A stretch of DNA of 34,791 bases from the NCBI GenBank assembly GCA_031763465.1, contig JARFOE010000038.1, forward strand, positions 1,366,450 to 1,401,240, read 5' to 3'. This DNA comes from Squatina squatina (taxonomy: Eukaryota). The notes under the pieces were generated by a model. It was not told where the DNA came from, searched no databases, and was given only the letters and a program-made list of their open reading frames with translations. Both the position numbers and the translations under genes were made by a program. Positions 1 through 12,651 of the stretch are shown here, in pieces. Within the stretch, counting starts at the first letter, position 1, and each line of letters opens with the position of its first letter.

Positions 1-482
1 GTGAGTCCTGATTGATAAGAAATTGTTGGTAGGTGAGTGATGGGGGTGTGGTGAATTAAGCAATGGCTGAGGCTGGTGGTGCAGTTGGTAGGGTGTGGCA
101 TTTGAAGATGCATTCACTGACCTTGACCACTCATGTGAGGTCATTAAACTTCTTGTGGCACTGCATCCAGGTCCTTGGGGCTATACTTCTGGCATTGACT
201 TTGCATTGCCTTCTCATTGTGTGGCTGGAGGTCCTCCTGCTCTTCTGAGGATACAGGACATCTCTTCTCATTGACACCTCCTCCACCAAGACCTCCAGTG
301 CCAGTCCGAAAACCTGGAGCCCACTCTCTCCCATGGTCAGCCATTCTTCACCATTTCCCAGGTCAGATTCACTTGTAGAATGCAGAAATCATTATAATTA
401 AGCACAAAGCCGCCTGCATTCCACTGAACGGGTCAATCGTGCAATACCCGCACCCGTTTTCAGGGACTAAGCAATTTATCCC
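1..482 (-). mobile_element. Harbinger-like DNA transposon remnant carrying a decayed Myb/SANT-like gene
   Basis: Frameshifted MADHGREWAP../LALEVLVEEVSMRRDVLYP...RTWMQCHKKFNDLT. The R-T-x-x-Q-C-x-KKxNDL motif is typical of Harbinger Myb/SANT proteins. Confidence 0.6.
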
Positions 483-1108
483 TCAGTATTGCTTATAGCT
501 GTGGAAGCCACGTTGAACATTTTTTGCCTTAGGTTCTTTCCTTGGAGATCAGTAACAGCAACGCATCATTGTATGAAGCAGGTGACTGATGCCTAATTTG
601 CAATAATAAACAATTACATCACTTTCTCCCTGAGCAATAGGGAAGAACAGGTCAAAGTCCTTCATGCCCTGATAGAGCCTAATCATGTATCAGTTTCAGT
701 ATCTGCTGCACCTGAAACCAGCTGGCATTTTACATACAGTGAATTTCACATCAATAGTTTTTGATCAACTGTCATCATCTATTGCACATCAAGGTTATTA
801 GTATTTATAAAGTGCTCAATTTAAATGAAAAGATGTAACTAGCTCATAGGTCTGAATTACCTGCCTCTACCAGTTTCTCAGTCATAGCCTTTATCAAGGC
901 CATAACAAGCAAAAGATGTTTTGACTAATGTTTATCAATACATTTTTCTAGTAAAATAGAAAGATGTTTTCTGATGGACTTGGTCACCAGGTTATTCACA
1001 CCTATTTTTTCATTAAAGCAAACTCAGAGTATGCATTAAGCATAAGTATTTCCTTATCAGGTATTTATTTAAGTGGAATCTGCTGTAACTCTTGTTAATG
1101 TTCCTTAC

Positions 1109-1215
1109 CAAAGCAAAAAGTCTGAGGAATCCAGAATTGAGAAGGCAGTTCTGTGCAGAATTCACCAATGAGAAAAGCAGGAATCGACTCCAGGGCTGTG
1201 ACACCACATGGCAAA
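1109..1215 (-). CDS. MEI1: MEI1 exon (107 nt)
   Basis: tttgtttag|VCHVVSQPWSRFLLFSLVNSAQNCLLNSGFLRLFAL|gtaagg resembles human [36 protein letters not shown]. Confidence 0.92.
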
Positions 1216-1245
1216 CTAAACAAATAGCATATTGTTTAATGTACT

Positions 1246-1419
1246 CATAAGAACATAAGAAAAGGAGCAGGAGTAGACCATTCGGCCCCTTGAGCCTCCT
1301 CCGCCATTCAACAAGACTATGGCTGATCTATCTCAACGCCAATTTCTTGCACTATCCCCATATCCCTTGATGCCTTTAATATCTAGAAATCTATCAATCT
1401 CTGTTTTGAATGTACTCAA
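1246..1419 (-). mobile_element. CR1-clade LINE 3' end
   Basis: ORF2 C-terminus LSTFKTEIDRFLDIKGIKGYG plus a short tandem tail (cataagaa)n. Confidence 0.85.
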
Positions 1420-2020
1420 NNNNNNNNNNNNNNNNNNNNNNNNNNNNNNNNNNNNNNNNNNNNNNNNNNNNNNNNNNNNNNNNNNNNNNNNNNNNNNNNN
1501 NNNNNNNNNNNNNNNNNNNNNNNNNNNNNNNNNNNNNNNNNNNNNNNNNNNNNNNNNNNNNNNNNNNNNNNNNNNNNNNNNNNNNNNNNNNNNNNNNNNN
1601 NNNNNNNNNNNNNNNNNNNNNNNNNNNNNNNNNNNNNNNNNNNNNNNNNNNNNNNNNNNNNNNNNNNNNNNNNNNNNNNNNNNNNNNNNNNNNNNNNNNN
1701 NNNNNNNNNNNNNNNNNNNNNNNNNNNNNNNNNNNNNNNNNNNNNNNNNNNNNNNNNNNNNNNNNNNNNNNNNNNNNNNNNNNNNNNNNNNNNNNNNNNN
1801 NNNNNNNNNNNNNNNNNNNNNNNNNNNNNNNNNNNNNNNNNNNNNNNNNNNNNNNNNNNNNNNNNNNNNNNNNNNNNNNNNNNNNNNNNNNNNNNNNNNN
1901 NNNNNNNNNNNNNNNNNNNNNNNNNNNNNNNNNNNNNNNNNNNNNNNNNNNNNNNNNNNNNNNNNNNNNNNNNNNNNNNNNNNNNNNNNNNNNNNNNNNN
2001 NNNNNNNNNNNNNNNNNNNN

Positions 2021-2575
2021 AACAACTTGCACTTATGTAGTGCCTTTAGCATAGTAAAACATCCCAAGGTGCCTCACAGGAGTGTTATCAAACAAAATTT
2101 GACATTGAGCCACATAAGGATATATTAGGACAGGTGAGCAAAAGCTTGATAAAAGAGTTAGGTTTTGAGGAGCGTTTTAAAGGAAGAGAGAGAGAAGTGG
2201 AGAGATGGAGAAGTTCAGAGAGCAATGGACGGATACGGTCGAGGGCCCCTGTCAACCACAGTGGAGGGGAATCATCAGACATATCAAAAGCACTGGTATG
2301 GAAGGTAGCATCGTCGGAACAGATGTGACAGAGACGGAGAAACTGGGAGAATGGAATAGAGTCCTTACAGGTAGCAGGGTGGGAGGAAGCATAGTCAAAG
2401 TTGCTGTGGGAGTCGATATTGTCGATATTGGTTGACAGCCTATCCCCAAAAATGGAGATAGAGAATTTGAGGATGGGAAGGGAAGAGTCAGAGGCGGACC
2501 ATGTGAAGGTGAGGGAAGGGTGGAAATTAGAAGCAATGTTGATGAAATTTTCCAGTTCGGGAGGCGAGAACTGTA
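2021..2575 (-). mobile_element. L2-clade LINE 3' fragment(s)
   Basis: Homologous to the copies at 8640-9020 and 18700-19490 (aaacatcccaagg..cacaggag..aaatttgaca..gagccacataagg). Boundaries approximate. Confidence 0.75.
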
Positions 2576-4023
2576 AATTGCGCTAATACAATCATTAATG
2601 TACCACTAGTAGTATAATACTTGACTTACACAATACATAGGCTGACTCAAAATAAATATAGAGTGTGTTAAATTCTTCAGAATTCTTTGCAGTAGCTTTT
2701 GACTGAGTTTCTGAATGGATGTTATGTGGGTGATTGACTTTGCATGGAACCCCTTTTAACCTGTTTCCCCCGTAATTGAGTTATATGAAGCAGAACACTG
2801 AACACCATGATATGATGCATAAATTATGTTGGATATCCTTCCTTTGATGTAAAACAGGCCTTCTATAAGCCCATTCTCTGTTGACATCTGCCTGCTATTG
2901 AAATCACATTTTTCAGATCTCACACAATAGTCAATGCTTTTAAGTTTTCTCGATGTTATGCCTTTGCCTGCAAGATCGAACATGCTTTAACAATTGCCAA
3001 CAACTGAAATGATCCGTAATGCGTGAGCAAGCTAATTACTTAATATCAGGCATGGTGGCATTTACGATGGGCAACTGGATGCTGCTCTCTGTGCTCCATT
3101 CACTTTCAATATCTCAAGCTTCTCTTCTGCTTAGAGGCCAAGGTAGAAAGCAGTACAATCCCCCGAGCCCTTTTGCTAGACCACTCTGGACATCATTGGA
3201 CATGAGAGCATCAAGAAAGTAGGGAAAATGAGGCTGGAGTTCATGGTTGGTTACAATGTTCAGAAAACTATAGANNNNNNNNNNNNNNNNNNNNNNNNNN
3301 NNNNNNNNNNNNNNNNNNNNNNNNNNNNNNNNNNNNNNNNNNNNNNNNNNNNNNNNNNNNNNNNNNNNNNNNNNCTGGACCTCTGTGATAACAACCCTTT
3401 ATGCAAGTCTTGAGGGAAGGACAACAGAATTGCTGGTTGTTGGTGACCCTCAGAACTACTCTGAGGCCAGAAGCAGTCCTGCTCCTCCTGGCTCCAAATC
3501 ATTTTTTAACTGTCTTGGTGGCAGATGCTTCCAGGCCTCATCCATGAGAGAAAAACCAGAATGGAGCCAGTGCCTGTTCTGCCTAATAAAGCACAATTAG
3601 GCACAGGGGTCCTAAAATTGGCATTAGGCCCCTGATTAACATATGCAAGGACCCTCACGCTTGTTTTAGGCGACTGCTGGGGATGGCTGAAAAATCACCT
3701 GGCCCAATATGGGTTAGACGTATTTCAGGCGTCCTTTGGGCGGGAGACATTGTCCTGCAAAATTGGTACTTTTTGTCTCCATTTTCTACCGCACAACAGG
3801 TACAACAAGGACCAAGTTCTACCTCAGAAAATCCTGGAAATATATCAAGTGTGTCACCATCTGAAAGAGAAAAGAAAAGTTAATTTAGGTACAGACCATT
3901 CGTCAGAAAGTGTAACCTATCTTTTTTTCCCCGGACGCTGGCACACCTGATGTGTATTTCCAAGACTTCCTGTTTTTATTTTACATTTTTAGCATTCAGT
4001 TTTTCTTTATATTTTAACATTAC

Positions 4024-4105
4024 CTGTGGCCTGGTCCCTAATGTGTAAGTATTCCATCAGTGCTTCCAGACAACCAGTTGCAGCATAGACAAGGAAGTCA
4101 TCTCC
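4024..4105 (-). CDS. MEI1: MEI1 exon (82 nt)
   Basis: taattgcag|GDDFLVYAATGCLEALMEYLHIRDQAT|gtaatg resembles human [27 protein letters not shown]. Confidence 0.9.
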
Positions 4106-4736
4106 CTGCAATTAAAGATACAGCGTTTAACAGAACTGTCAAATGCACCCATCCATCCATTAGTGTAAATAACTGCTAAATTTCAGGTGTTACACTTTCG
4201 GAACATGCCATAAAGCGGAAATGATGTTTATGGAGCTGCCTCGCTGCCTCCGCCTGAAGGCCCAAATCATTGTCAAGTTCAAGCTTCATCAGCATAATNN
4301 NNNNNNNNNNNNNNNNNNNNNNNNNNNNNNNNNNNNNNNNNNNNNNNNNNNNNNNNNNNNNNNNNNNNNNNNNNNNNNNNNNNNNNNNNNNNNNNNNNNN
4401 NNNNNNNNNNNNNNNNNNNNNNNNNNNNNNNNNNNNNNNNNNNNNNNNNNNNNNNNNNNNNNNNNNNNNNNNNNNNNNNNNNNNNNNNNNNNNNNNNNNN
4501 NNNNNNNNNNNNNNNNNNNNNNNNNNNNNNNNNNNNNNNNNNNNNNNNNNNNNNNNNNNNNNNNNNNNNNNNNNNNNNNNNNNNNNNNNNNNNNNNNNNN
4601 NNNNNNNNNNNNNNNNNNNNNNNNNNNNNNNNNNNNNNNNNNNNNNNNNNNNNNNNNNNNCTGATTATGCGGACACAGATAGATAGAGTAGAGGATACTC
4701 AGGATTTTGGTTTTTTTTGTGCGGCAATATCTTTAC

Positions 4737-4915
4737 CTGAACTAAAAAGTTCTGCAGATGGAAGAAGAGCAATAAGACCTGTTGATAAGAGAGTGGATAC
4801 AGCACATCATCCTGATCTTGTAGCGGACGATTCTTGGTGTTATGGATGGCAACGGTAAGCAGTGGAGATATGAAGTTGTGCCTCAGGACTGTCTTCAAAA
4901 ACTGGAGAATACATA
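4737..4915 (-). CDS. MEI1: MEI1 exon (179 nt)
   Basis: tttttccccag|CILQFLKTVLRHNFISPLL...DDVLYPLSYQQVLLLFFHLQNFLVQ|gtaaag resembles human AILCFLRTALRQSFSSAL...[25 protein letters not shown]. Confidence 0.9.
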
Positions 4916-5039
4916 CTGGGGAAAAAGTCAATGATAGAGCTGAAAGGGTCACAATATACTTTTAATAAATCACCGTCATTTTTAAATTTCAGGAGAAATC
5001 TCTGATCTTTTATCAGGTCAGTAATGCCAGTACCTGAAT

Positions 5040-5598
5040 CATAGAATGATTTGGCGAACCATGCCTGTATTGGTTCTTTGAAAGAGCTATCCAATTAGTC
5101 CCACTCCCCAGCTCTTTCCCCATAGCCCAGCAAATTTTGTTCCTTTTCAATTATTTATCCAATTCATTTTTGTAAGTAATCACCACCCTTTCAGGCAGCA
5201 CATTTCAGATCATAACAACTTGCTGCGTAAATCATTTTTCCTCATGTCACCTCTGGTTCTTTTGCCAATTATCTTAAATCTGTGCCCTCTGGTTACTGAC
5301 CTTTCTGCCAGTGGAAACAGTTTCTCCTTATTTACTTTATCAAAACCCTTCAAGATTTTGAACATTTCTATCAAATTTCCTCTGACCCTTCTCTGCTCTA
5401 AGGAGAACAATCTCAGTTATTCTAGACTCTCCATGCAACTGAAGTCTCTCATCCCTGGTACCATTCTTGTAAATCTCCTCTGCACCCTCTCTAAGGCCTT
5501 GACATCCTTCCTAAAGTGTGATGCCCACAATTGGCAACAATACTCCAGCTGGGGCTTAACCAGTGTTTTATAAAAGTTTAGCATAACTTCTTTGCTTT
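5040..5598 (-). mobile_element. CR1-clade LINE 3' fragment
   Basis: FSLEQRRVRGNLIEMFKILKGFDKV...TRGHRFKI is the CR1 ORF2 C-terminal motif. Confidence 0.88.
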
Positions 5599-5599
5599 G

Positions 5600-6285
5600 A
5601 GGGTGAGAAATTCATTATAGCCAAGAAATGGGCAGTGTTTAGATTAAAAATGGTTAAGTAGCGCCACCTGAAAATCGTCTAGATTGCACGCAAAATTTGT
5701 CCTCACTCTTCAATAAAATGATTGCAGTCATGATTCTCGTCTAAAAACTCAAGCTCTTTAGCATTACACTGAAAAGCTAGACCAATATTGGGAGCAGTCT
5801 AAATGCAAGTAACGATCGCCACAGGCTTTTTTCACTACTTAAAGGGGAGGTTCATTGATGCTGCAGCGCTTCATTCTCAGCATTGTTGAGTGTGCAACTG
5901 CCTCAATAACCATAAAAAGGACAAGAAGAGTAGTACTTAATTACAAATCCTGATGGGAGATTGCTGCCCCAAGGAGAGAGCCCAGAGGTTATCCAATGAA
6001 GCTTTGGAGGCTTTCATTTTAGCAGTGGAGAGAAGATGGGTGGTCCTGTACCCAGCAACTGGCAGGAGGCCCTTGCCATAAGTCTGCCAGACTATGTGGA
6101 GGGAGGTGGCACTGTGCTCCCACGACCCACAGCCAGCGCAGGAAGAAGTTTAACAAACTCACGCGGGTGGTCAGGGTGAATGAAGACTTCAACAAATGCT
6201 ACATACCACCATCTATACCACAAATGTTACACACTGCTCAATGCACCACATCCCCAGTACTCACTCACCAATCTCTACCTACCAA
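5600..6285 (+). mobile_element. Harbinger-like remnant with decayed Myb/SANT-like exon
   Basis: Starts gggtgagaaatt. Translates RERAQRLSNEALEAFILAVERRWVVLYP...QRRKKFNKLTRVVR|gt, similar to the copy at 1-482. Confidence 0.6.
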
Positions 6286-6290
6286 CACTC

Positions 6291-6366
6291 ACATAGAACA
6301 TAGAACATAGAACATACAGCACATAACAGGCCCTTCGGCCCACGATGTTGTGCCGAACCTTTGTCC
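6291..6366 (-). mobile_element. CR1-type LINE/SINE 3' tail with (CATAGAA)n
   Basis: catagaa x3 followed by acaggcccttcggcccac. Confidence 0.7.
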
Positions 6367-6466
6367 NNNNNNNNNNNNNNNNNNNNNNNNNNNNNNNNNN
6401 NNNNNNNNNNNNNNNNNNNNNNNNNNNNNNNNNNNNNNNNNNNNNNNNNNNNNNNNNNNNNNNNNN

Positions 6467-6484
6467 AAGCCAGTGTTTATGTAA
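6467..6484 (-). CDS. MEI1: possible first 18 nt of the next MEI1 exon, truncated by a gap
   Basis: Strong acceptor tgtttgtccttttccag lies where human VHQTLS is expected. It reads LHKHWL, or LHKTLA if one A is missing. Confidence 0.45.
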
Positions 6485-7062
6485 CTGGAAAAGGACAAAC
6501 AGTCCTGTTCCTGCTGGTAACATATTCATGTTTTTTTTTTGCAATGGTAGGATTGCGATTCGACTTCGCAAAGGTCTCAGGCTCCACACCCGTCGATTTT
6601 CATTACAACAATCAAATGCTCCTTCATTTCGGTCCATCCTGTTACCCCTATCATCTATTATTTCTTAAAAAATATAGAAAAAGTAAATGGTTAATAAAAT
6701 ACTTTCCTGTAAGGTTACTTATCTAAAAGGACATAAACAAGATGGCAACATAGTTGGGTGAAAGGCTTTAGAAACTTGCTCCACAGAACTGCGGAGACCA
6801 GAACCTGCAACTACACTGTTACCAGCAACTTAACAGAGGATTGCCATTCTAAATGTTTAGTCGGAAGTTTCAGCATTAAATGTTGACATAAACATGATTA
6901 AACATTTGCACAACAGGAAGTGCAGCCATGCACAAGATTTTTAAAATAAAGATACAATATTTAAATACATTTTATTAGTTATTCACTCCAGCAATACATT
7001 CTAAAATAAAGTCTATACTTTTTGGGAAACTTTTCTATTGCTTTAATGAGTGTATTACTAAC

Positions 7063-7232
7063 CTCGGACTTACAGTTGGTCTGGTTTTGGACTAAAGAGC
7101 TTACTAATAACCAGACAGAGCAGACCAGGACATCAGGGAGAGATTCAAGGGTCGATTGCTCTGACCAGCTCAGCTCTAAAATCTTCTCCAGTAACTCCAT
7201 CAGAGAGGAATTTGACAGTAACATAGACACAA
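7063..7232 (-). CDS. MEI1: MEI1 exon (170 nt)
   Basis: tatgcag|VVSMLLSNSSLMELLEKILELSW...VLVCSVWLLVSSL...KSE|gttagt resembles human [21 protein letters not shown]...LLCSAWLLTASF. Confidence 0.9.
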
Positions 7233-8639
7233 CTGCATAATTAACAAGTACATTTTAAATGCTTANNNNNNNNNNTGCTTATGTAATATATATATGCAAA
7301 TGTATTTCATTTTTTGCAACTCAAAATAAATATTGAAATGCACTTGATAACCTAATTTATTCTAGAAAAATGGCCAAAAACTCTTAGGCATGGGTTTTCC
7401 TCTGCTATCCTGACCTAAATCAGGCAGGATAATGGTGGAAATTGGGCAGCAAGGCCTATCAATGTATTCCTGCCCTGACTTATATTTTCCCACACCCATC
7501 CCAGCTGGTAAGGCCGCTGTCCACCCCTTTCGTTTGCCACATGTAAATGACAGTGACGAGGCAGGCACCAGCAAACCACCCAATCTGCGTTCTTGCCGTC
7601 ACTAATACCAATAACCACAGGAGTCACCAGAACACTTAGCAGTAACACTTAACCTTGCAGTAGCAGGCCCCCTACTTCATTGGTTGGAGGGAGAGGGTCT
7701 AGTAATGACCTCCTCTCCCTCCTTAATGACCCCAATCACGATCCACTCAGTGACCTTCAGTGCAAAATGTGATTTTCCCTTTGGAGCGCTTCTTCCCCTC
7801 TGATTTTGGCTCATGCCTCTTCTGGTGCTGCAGCATTACTGCCTTTCTCTCGACAGCAATGGTGACTTGGTATCTTGGTGACTGGGAGCTCATCTTGCAT
7901 ACCTCATCCAAGGTAGGGAACTGGGGTGGTAGATGGAAGTCCTGTCCCAACCCTCCTGCAGTGGGATTAGAACAATCCAACCCATAATCTTTAACATATT
8001 CCAATGCATTTAATTTGTTTTTCCTCTCCTTAGGACACATGTCATATTCTGATTGAGAGGATAAGCAGGTATGCAACATGCTCCCAGACCTCTGATATAC
8101 TCTTCTTGACCCAGTTGTTAGGTGTATAAAAGAAGCTGTGTTCCTCATACGCTCATTTCCTGTGCAGTGGCTGAACTACAACATGACATCACTCAGTGGG
8201 ATGTATGAAATCAGCAACCAGTGAATTTGTTGCAAGAAGGTTCTCATCACTAGCCTATTCTGTTTTGTTCCACTTTTCTTGTATTTTTACCTTCAATAAA
8301 CTTAACATGGAGAGGAAAATATAGGTCATTGCTGGGAAAGAATGCCAAAAGCTTTTCTCTACATTTAACCCATTTATGCTAACATTGGTTGAAGAGCAGT
8401 GGGAGGATATCCTGAACTGACATAAATCACCTTGTTTGCACCAAACTCGTCAAAAAGATTCCAAAAGGGTAATTTTATTGAATCTTTAAACAGTGCCATT
8501 TAAGGGTAAATACTCTGATTGAATTCTCCTGGCATGGAGCCCCACACGTCAGGAGAACCTATTAGAAAATTCCACACTGCAGCCTGTATCTTTCTGTCCA
8601 TCTCTATCTTCCCCTGCGGTGTTCTTGTTTTCTGTCTCT

Positions 8640-9020
8640 GTAGTGAAACGTCCCAAGGTGCTTCACAGGAGCGATTATCAGGCAAGATATCCGAACCCCA
8701 GATTCACAGGGAGAAATTCGGACAGGAGACTTGGTCAAAGAGATGGGTTTTAAGGAGCGTCTTAAAGGAGGAGAGAGAGGCGGAGAGGTTTAGGGAGGGA
8801 ATTCCAGAGCTCAGGGCCCCAGGCAGCTGAAGGCACGGCCGCCAATGGTGGAGCGATGGAAATCGGGGGATGCTCAAGAGGCCGGAATTGGAGGAGCGCA
8901 GAGATCTCGGAGGGTTGTAGGTGCTGGAGGAGGCGACAGAGGTAGGGAGGGGGTGACGAGGAGGCCATGGACAGGATTTGAAAATGAGGACGAGAATTTT
9001 AACATGGCGTTGCTGGACCG
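8640..9020 (-). mobile_element. L2-clade LINE 3' fragment
   Basis: YNPPRSLRSSNSGLL...SLSSFKTLLKTHLFDQ is the L2 ORF2 C-terminus. Confidence 0.85.
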
Positions 9021-9024
9021 TGAG

Positions 9025-9185
9025 CCTCATCTCATTGCTGTTTGTGGGAGCTTGCTGTGCACAAATTGGCCGCCATGTTTCCTACATTATAACAGTGACC
9101 ACACTTCAAAATAGTTCTTCACTGACTGTAAAGCACTTTGGGACACGCTGAGGTCATGAATTGCGCTAAATAAGCGCACGTATTA
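9025..9185 (+). mobile_element. Deu-domain SINE (SacSINE1/AmnSINE1-like) 3' part
   Basis: cattgctgtttgtgggagcttgctgtgcacaaattggc...gtaaagcactttggga. Related reverse copies lie near 10120-10260, 10850-11100 and 33797-33885. Confidence 0.65.
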
Positions 9186-10515
9186 CTTTTTCTCTCTCTC
9201 ATCTTTCTCCTTTTATGAGACTTTTACTTTTTCAGACTGTCGGTTAGTAAATAGGACGATGGATTTGATCCCTTCCCTCATGCTGGCTCTGAGCTGGTTT
9301 CATAGTCCTCTTCTCATTTCTACCCCAAGCTCTGCTCTTTGGTTGAAACTTAGAACCCGGCTCAAGTTGCCAGCTCCGTTTGGTGAGAGAACTGCTCCGG
9401 TTTTATTGCAGGGCAGGTTTAACCAGCTGGAGAGGGGATAAAATAGCCAGGCCATCTATTCCCTTCCCATCCTCCTGTTTTGGTTTCAATAGGGCTATTT
9501 TTTTTTTTAAATGACTTTCATTATTATTGAATTGAACTGCCCAACCTCCTCACTCTTTTATCAAACAAAAAAGCCGTGTGGGGGGCTGGGTTGCTGTGCG
9601 TACCCACTGGTGCAAATACTATCAGTTCAATCTTTTCTTCAGCTGCTTCAGATGGTCTAAACTCCAGAGTAATTGTCCTAACAAACACTTAAAATCAGGT
9701 TAGATAAAGAGTAAAGCTCCCTCTAGATTGCCCCATCAAACACTCCCAGGGCTAGCGTGACCAGATGCCCTGGTTTCGCCAGGACAGTCTCGGTTTTTCA
9801 GGACACATCCCAGTATCCCGACACCTGCCTTCAAATTGCTCAAATGTCTCGGTTTCTAGGAGCGAGAGACAGAGCCCTGTAACCGCGCGCAGTTACAGTT
9901 CCGTAGCGACTGCACATGCACAGCCATNNNNNNNNNNNNNNNNNNNNNNNNNNNNNNNNNNNNNNNNNNNNNNNNNNNNNNNNNNNNNNNNNNNNNNNNN
10001 NNNNNNNNNNNNNNNNNNNNNNNNNNNATCATTTTGATGGATGAAAGATCATGGGCTAAGCATGAAAGGCGCTGCAATGGGAGTGTGCAATCCAAAAATT
10101 TAGGCTTTCAAAAAAGAACCCGCAGCTTTATATAGTTCTATATAGCAGCTTTCACATGTTCAGGATGACTCAAAGTGCTTCACAGCCTTTGAAGTGTGGT
10201 CAGCAAACCCAGCAGCCAATTTATCTCACAAAAAGCAACTGAATGGCCAGATAATCTTTACTCTCAATAGAGAATGTACCACACATCTTGAAGGTAGTGT
10301 AACTGATTGTAAAGGATCATTCCCAGTAGGAAACCAAAGAAAGAAGCAAAGAAGGATTGAAGATGGACAGAGAATCATGAGATGTCACTTATAAGCTGCT
10401 TTGTCAAAACTCACAAGTGACCTGATCTCAGCAAATGGACTTTTACATTGTTTCCCTGTGGCTGAAACTGAAACTGAAAGTGTATAAAGCTCCAGATTTG
10501 TTTCTGTTTAATTAC

Positions 10516-10626
10516 CTCTGTTTCTGTTGGAGTTCGAGGTCTGTTTCAAACTGCAGTAGAAGAAATTAAAAGCAGGTTGTAGGATTTCTGTGCTCAAGGC
10601 TTTGCATTTTCCTGCCAAGTTACTCA
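10516..10626 (-). CDS. MEI1: MEI1 exon (111 nt)
   Basis: ttcttaaag|(V)SNLAGKCKALSTEILQPAFNFFYCSLKQTSNSNRNR|gtaatt resembles human [37 protein letters not shown]. Confidence 0.9.
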
Positions 10627-12121
10627 CTTTAAGAATACAAACAAAGCGTTTTCAAATTCGGCATTATTTTATATGTAAACAAGCATTACAATATGTGCAT
10701 ATTATACAAATACTGAACATAGCTGAAGGACAAAAATGGCAGTCTGTTAAAATGTGCTCTTTATTATTATTTTTGAAACTACACTAATTTCTGATTTACA
10801 TAGAACATTCAAATTTAAATGGCTAACACATGACATCAACATAAAGGTAATACTACATACTACCATTTATTTTGCACCATATGATATCACAGCTTACAAT
10901 TAATTACTTTGTGAATTGCAGCAACTGTTGTTATGTGGGCAGAAGTATCAGTTCTTCTGCACGAGTAACAACCCCCCAAATGGCAATCAAATGAGTGACC
11001 AGTTAAAATTTTGTTTGGGATGTTAATGGTTAAAGGAGAAATCTTGGTCAAGATACCCAAAACTCTCTACTCTTTTTCAATTAGTGCCATGGGGCGATAA
11101 TTTAAATAGCCAAAAAGAGTGTTGTGCTAAGAGTTCCGTTGGGGGCCCAATAAAGGCCAATAGTCTGCCCAAGACAAAGGTAATTGATCCTGCTGATTAC
11201 CTGTCTCTTGAGGCTTTCACTAGAATCTCAACAGAACTCATGTCAGCTCTCAGCTCAATGTCTGTTTGAGGACCTAGCCCGATCTGCTGGCTGCAGAAGA
11301 TAGTAGTTCTGACAAGGAAAATTCAAGTCAATCTATGCAACTAAATAGACCCATACAGTGGCTACAATTGTGATTTTTATTTAATATTTGCATTATTTTT
11401 ATATAATGACTACTCAATTTCCTGTGGCATTGCTCACAGGGAGTCTAGGCTAAGTGCACTCTTCAACTCAAGGAGGGTTAGCAGGTGGAAAATAATTGGA
11501 CCAGGGCTGAGGTAGAACTGCAAAGACAAGGGACGAGATTGGGTGTAGATTGGGAAAAGGAAGCCATTGATATAAATACTTTGAGATAGAGACGAGGAGG
11601 AGAGGCGGTAGGGATTGGGAAATGCAGAGAGGTGGAAGAAATGGGGGNNNNNNNNNNNNNNNNNNNNNNNNNNNNNNNNNNNNNNNNNNNNNNNNNNNNN
11701 NNNNNNNNNNNNNNNNNNNNNNNNNNNNNNNNNNNNNNNNNNNNNNNGCCGGCGCCAACGGCACCTGAATTTTGCGCCAGAATTTTAGCGCTAAAAGTGG
11801 CCTAATGCCAGTTTCGCGCCGATTTGACGCCAGAAGTTTGAACACGAATTGGCCGCCCTTTGTGTTTTGCTTAAAAGGGTGAGATCAGTCATCTCAGTGG
11901 ATAAAATGTCATACACATGCATGGCTCTGGGGAAAGGAAAAGTTGACACAGACCAACTTGGCAGCCTGAATTATACCTCCTGTTGACTGATCACAGAGCA
12001 ATACTGTCTTTGCCTTGGAAAGGCCCACAGATCAGAATATCGTGTTCTCCCAAGTATATAGTTTGACAGGAGTATTTTGAGGCAGGGGTAAGAAAGAAAA
12101 AAATATAAAATGCAAACCTAC

Positions 12122-12216
12122 CATGCTGATAATTCAGTACATTCTCGGTAGCTGAAAACAGGATTCGGCACATGCCACAAAGGAAGTCTGAACAGGCCTG
12201 ATTCAATTTTGGGTTT
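12122..12216 (-). CDS. MEI1: MEI1 exon (95 nt)
   Basis: ttttattag|NPKLNQACSDFLCGMCRILFSATENVLNYQH|gtaggt resembles human [25 protein letters not shown]. It is in phase with the preceding exon. Confidence 0.88.
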
Positions 12217-12408
12217 CTAATAAAACAGAGAGCATAAATAAATCATAATGTAACTCCCATTTTAGAACTCTCACCAGGCATAAGGAGTAGTGACAAGCAA
12301 AAGACAATTTTAAGTTACCAACTGAAACAGAGGTAAGTAAATTTGGTATCAAAATGACAGCTGAATTCAGCAGTGGAACATTAGTATGTTAAAAATAGAT
12401 TGCATTAC

Positions 12409-12469
12409 CTGCCTCCTGTAAAGAATTTGCCCTTCAGGTCCATTGTAAACCTTATAAAAGATGAGGACG
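12409..12469 (-). CDS. MEI1: MEI1 exon (61 nt)
   Basis: cttacag|(A)SSSFIRFTMDLKGKFFTGG|gtaatg resembles human ASSSFIRLTLELKARFCSG. Confidence 0.9.
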
Positions 12470-12651
12470 CTGTAAGCAGATAATTCAAATAATTACTGTT
12501 TTTAAGTAAAGATTAACATTAAATGTGAGAAATGGGTATGGTATGGTTCTGGTAATTCATTTTAAAAAGTGTCAAAAATATAAATGTATAGACAACAAAT
12601 GGCATTGGAATTTTGAATGGGTAGGAGCTGACAGAATTGAAAGAGTCATAC

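Noticed and set aside
480-1010. Next downstream MEI1 exon
   Set aside because: Candidate AG...GT intervals contain in-frame stops and do not resemble the expected peptide.
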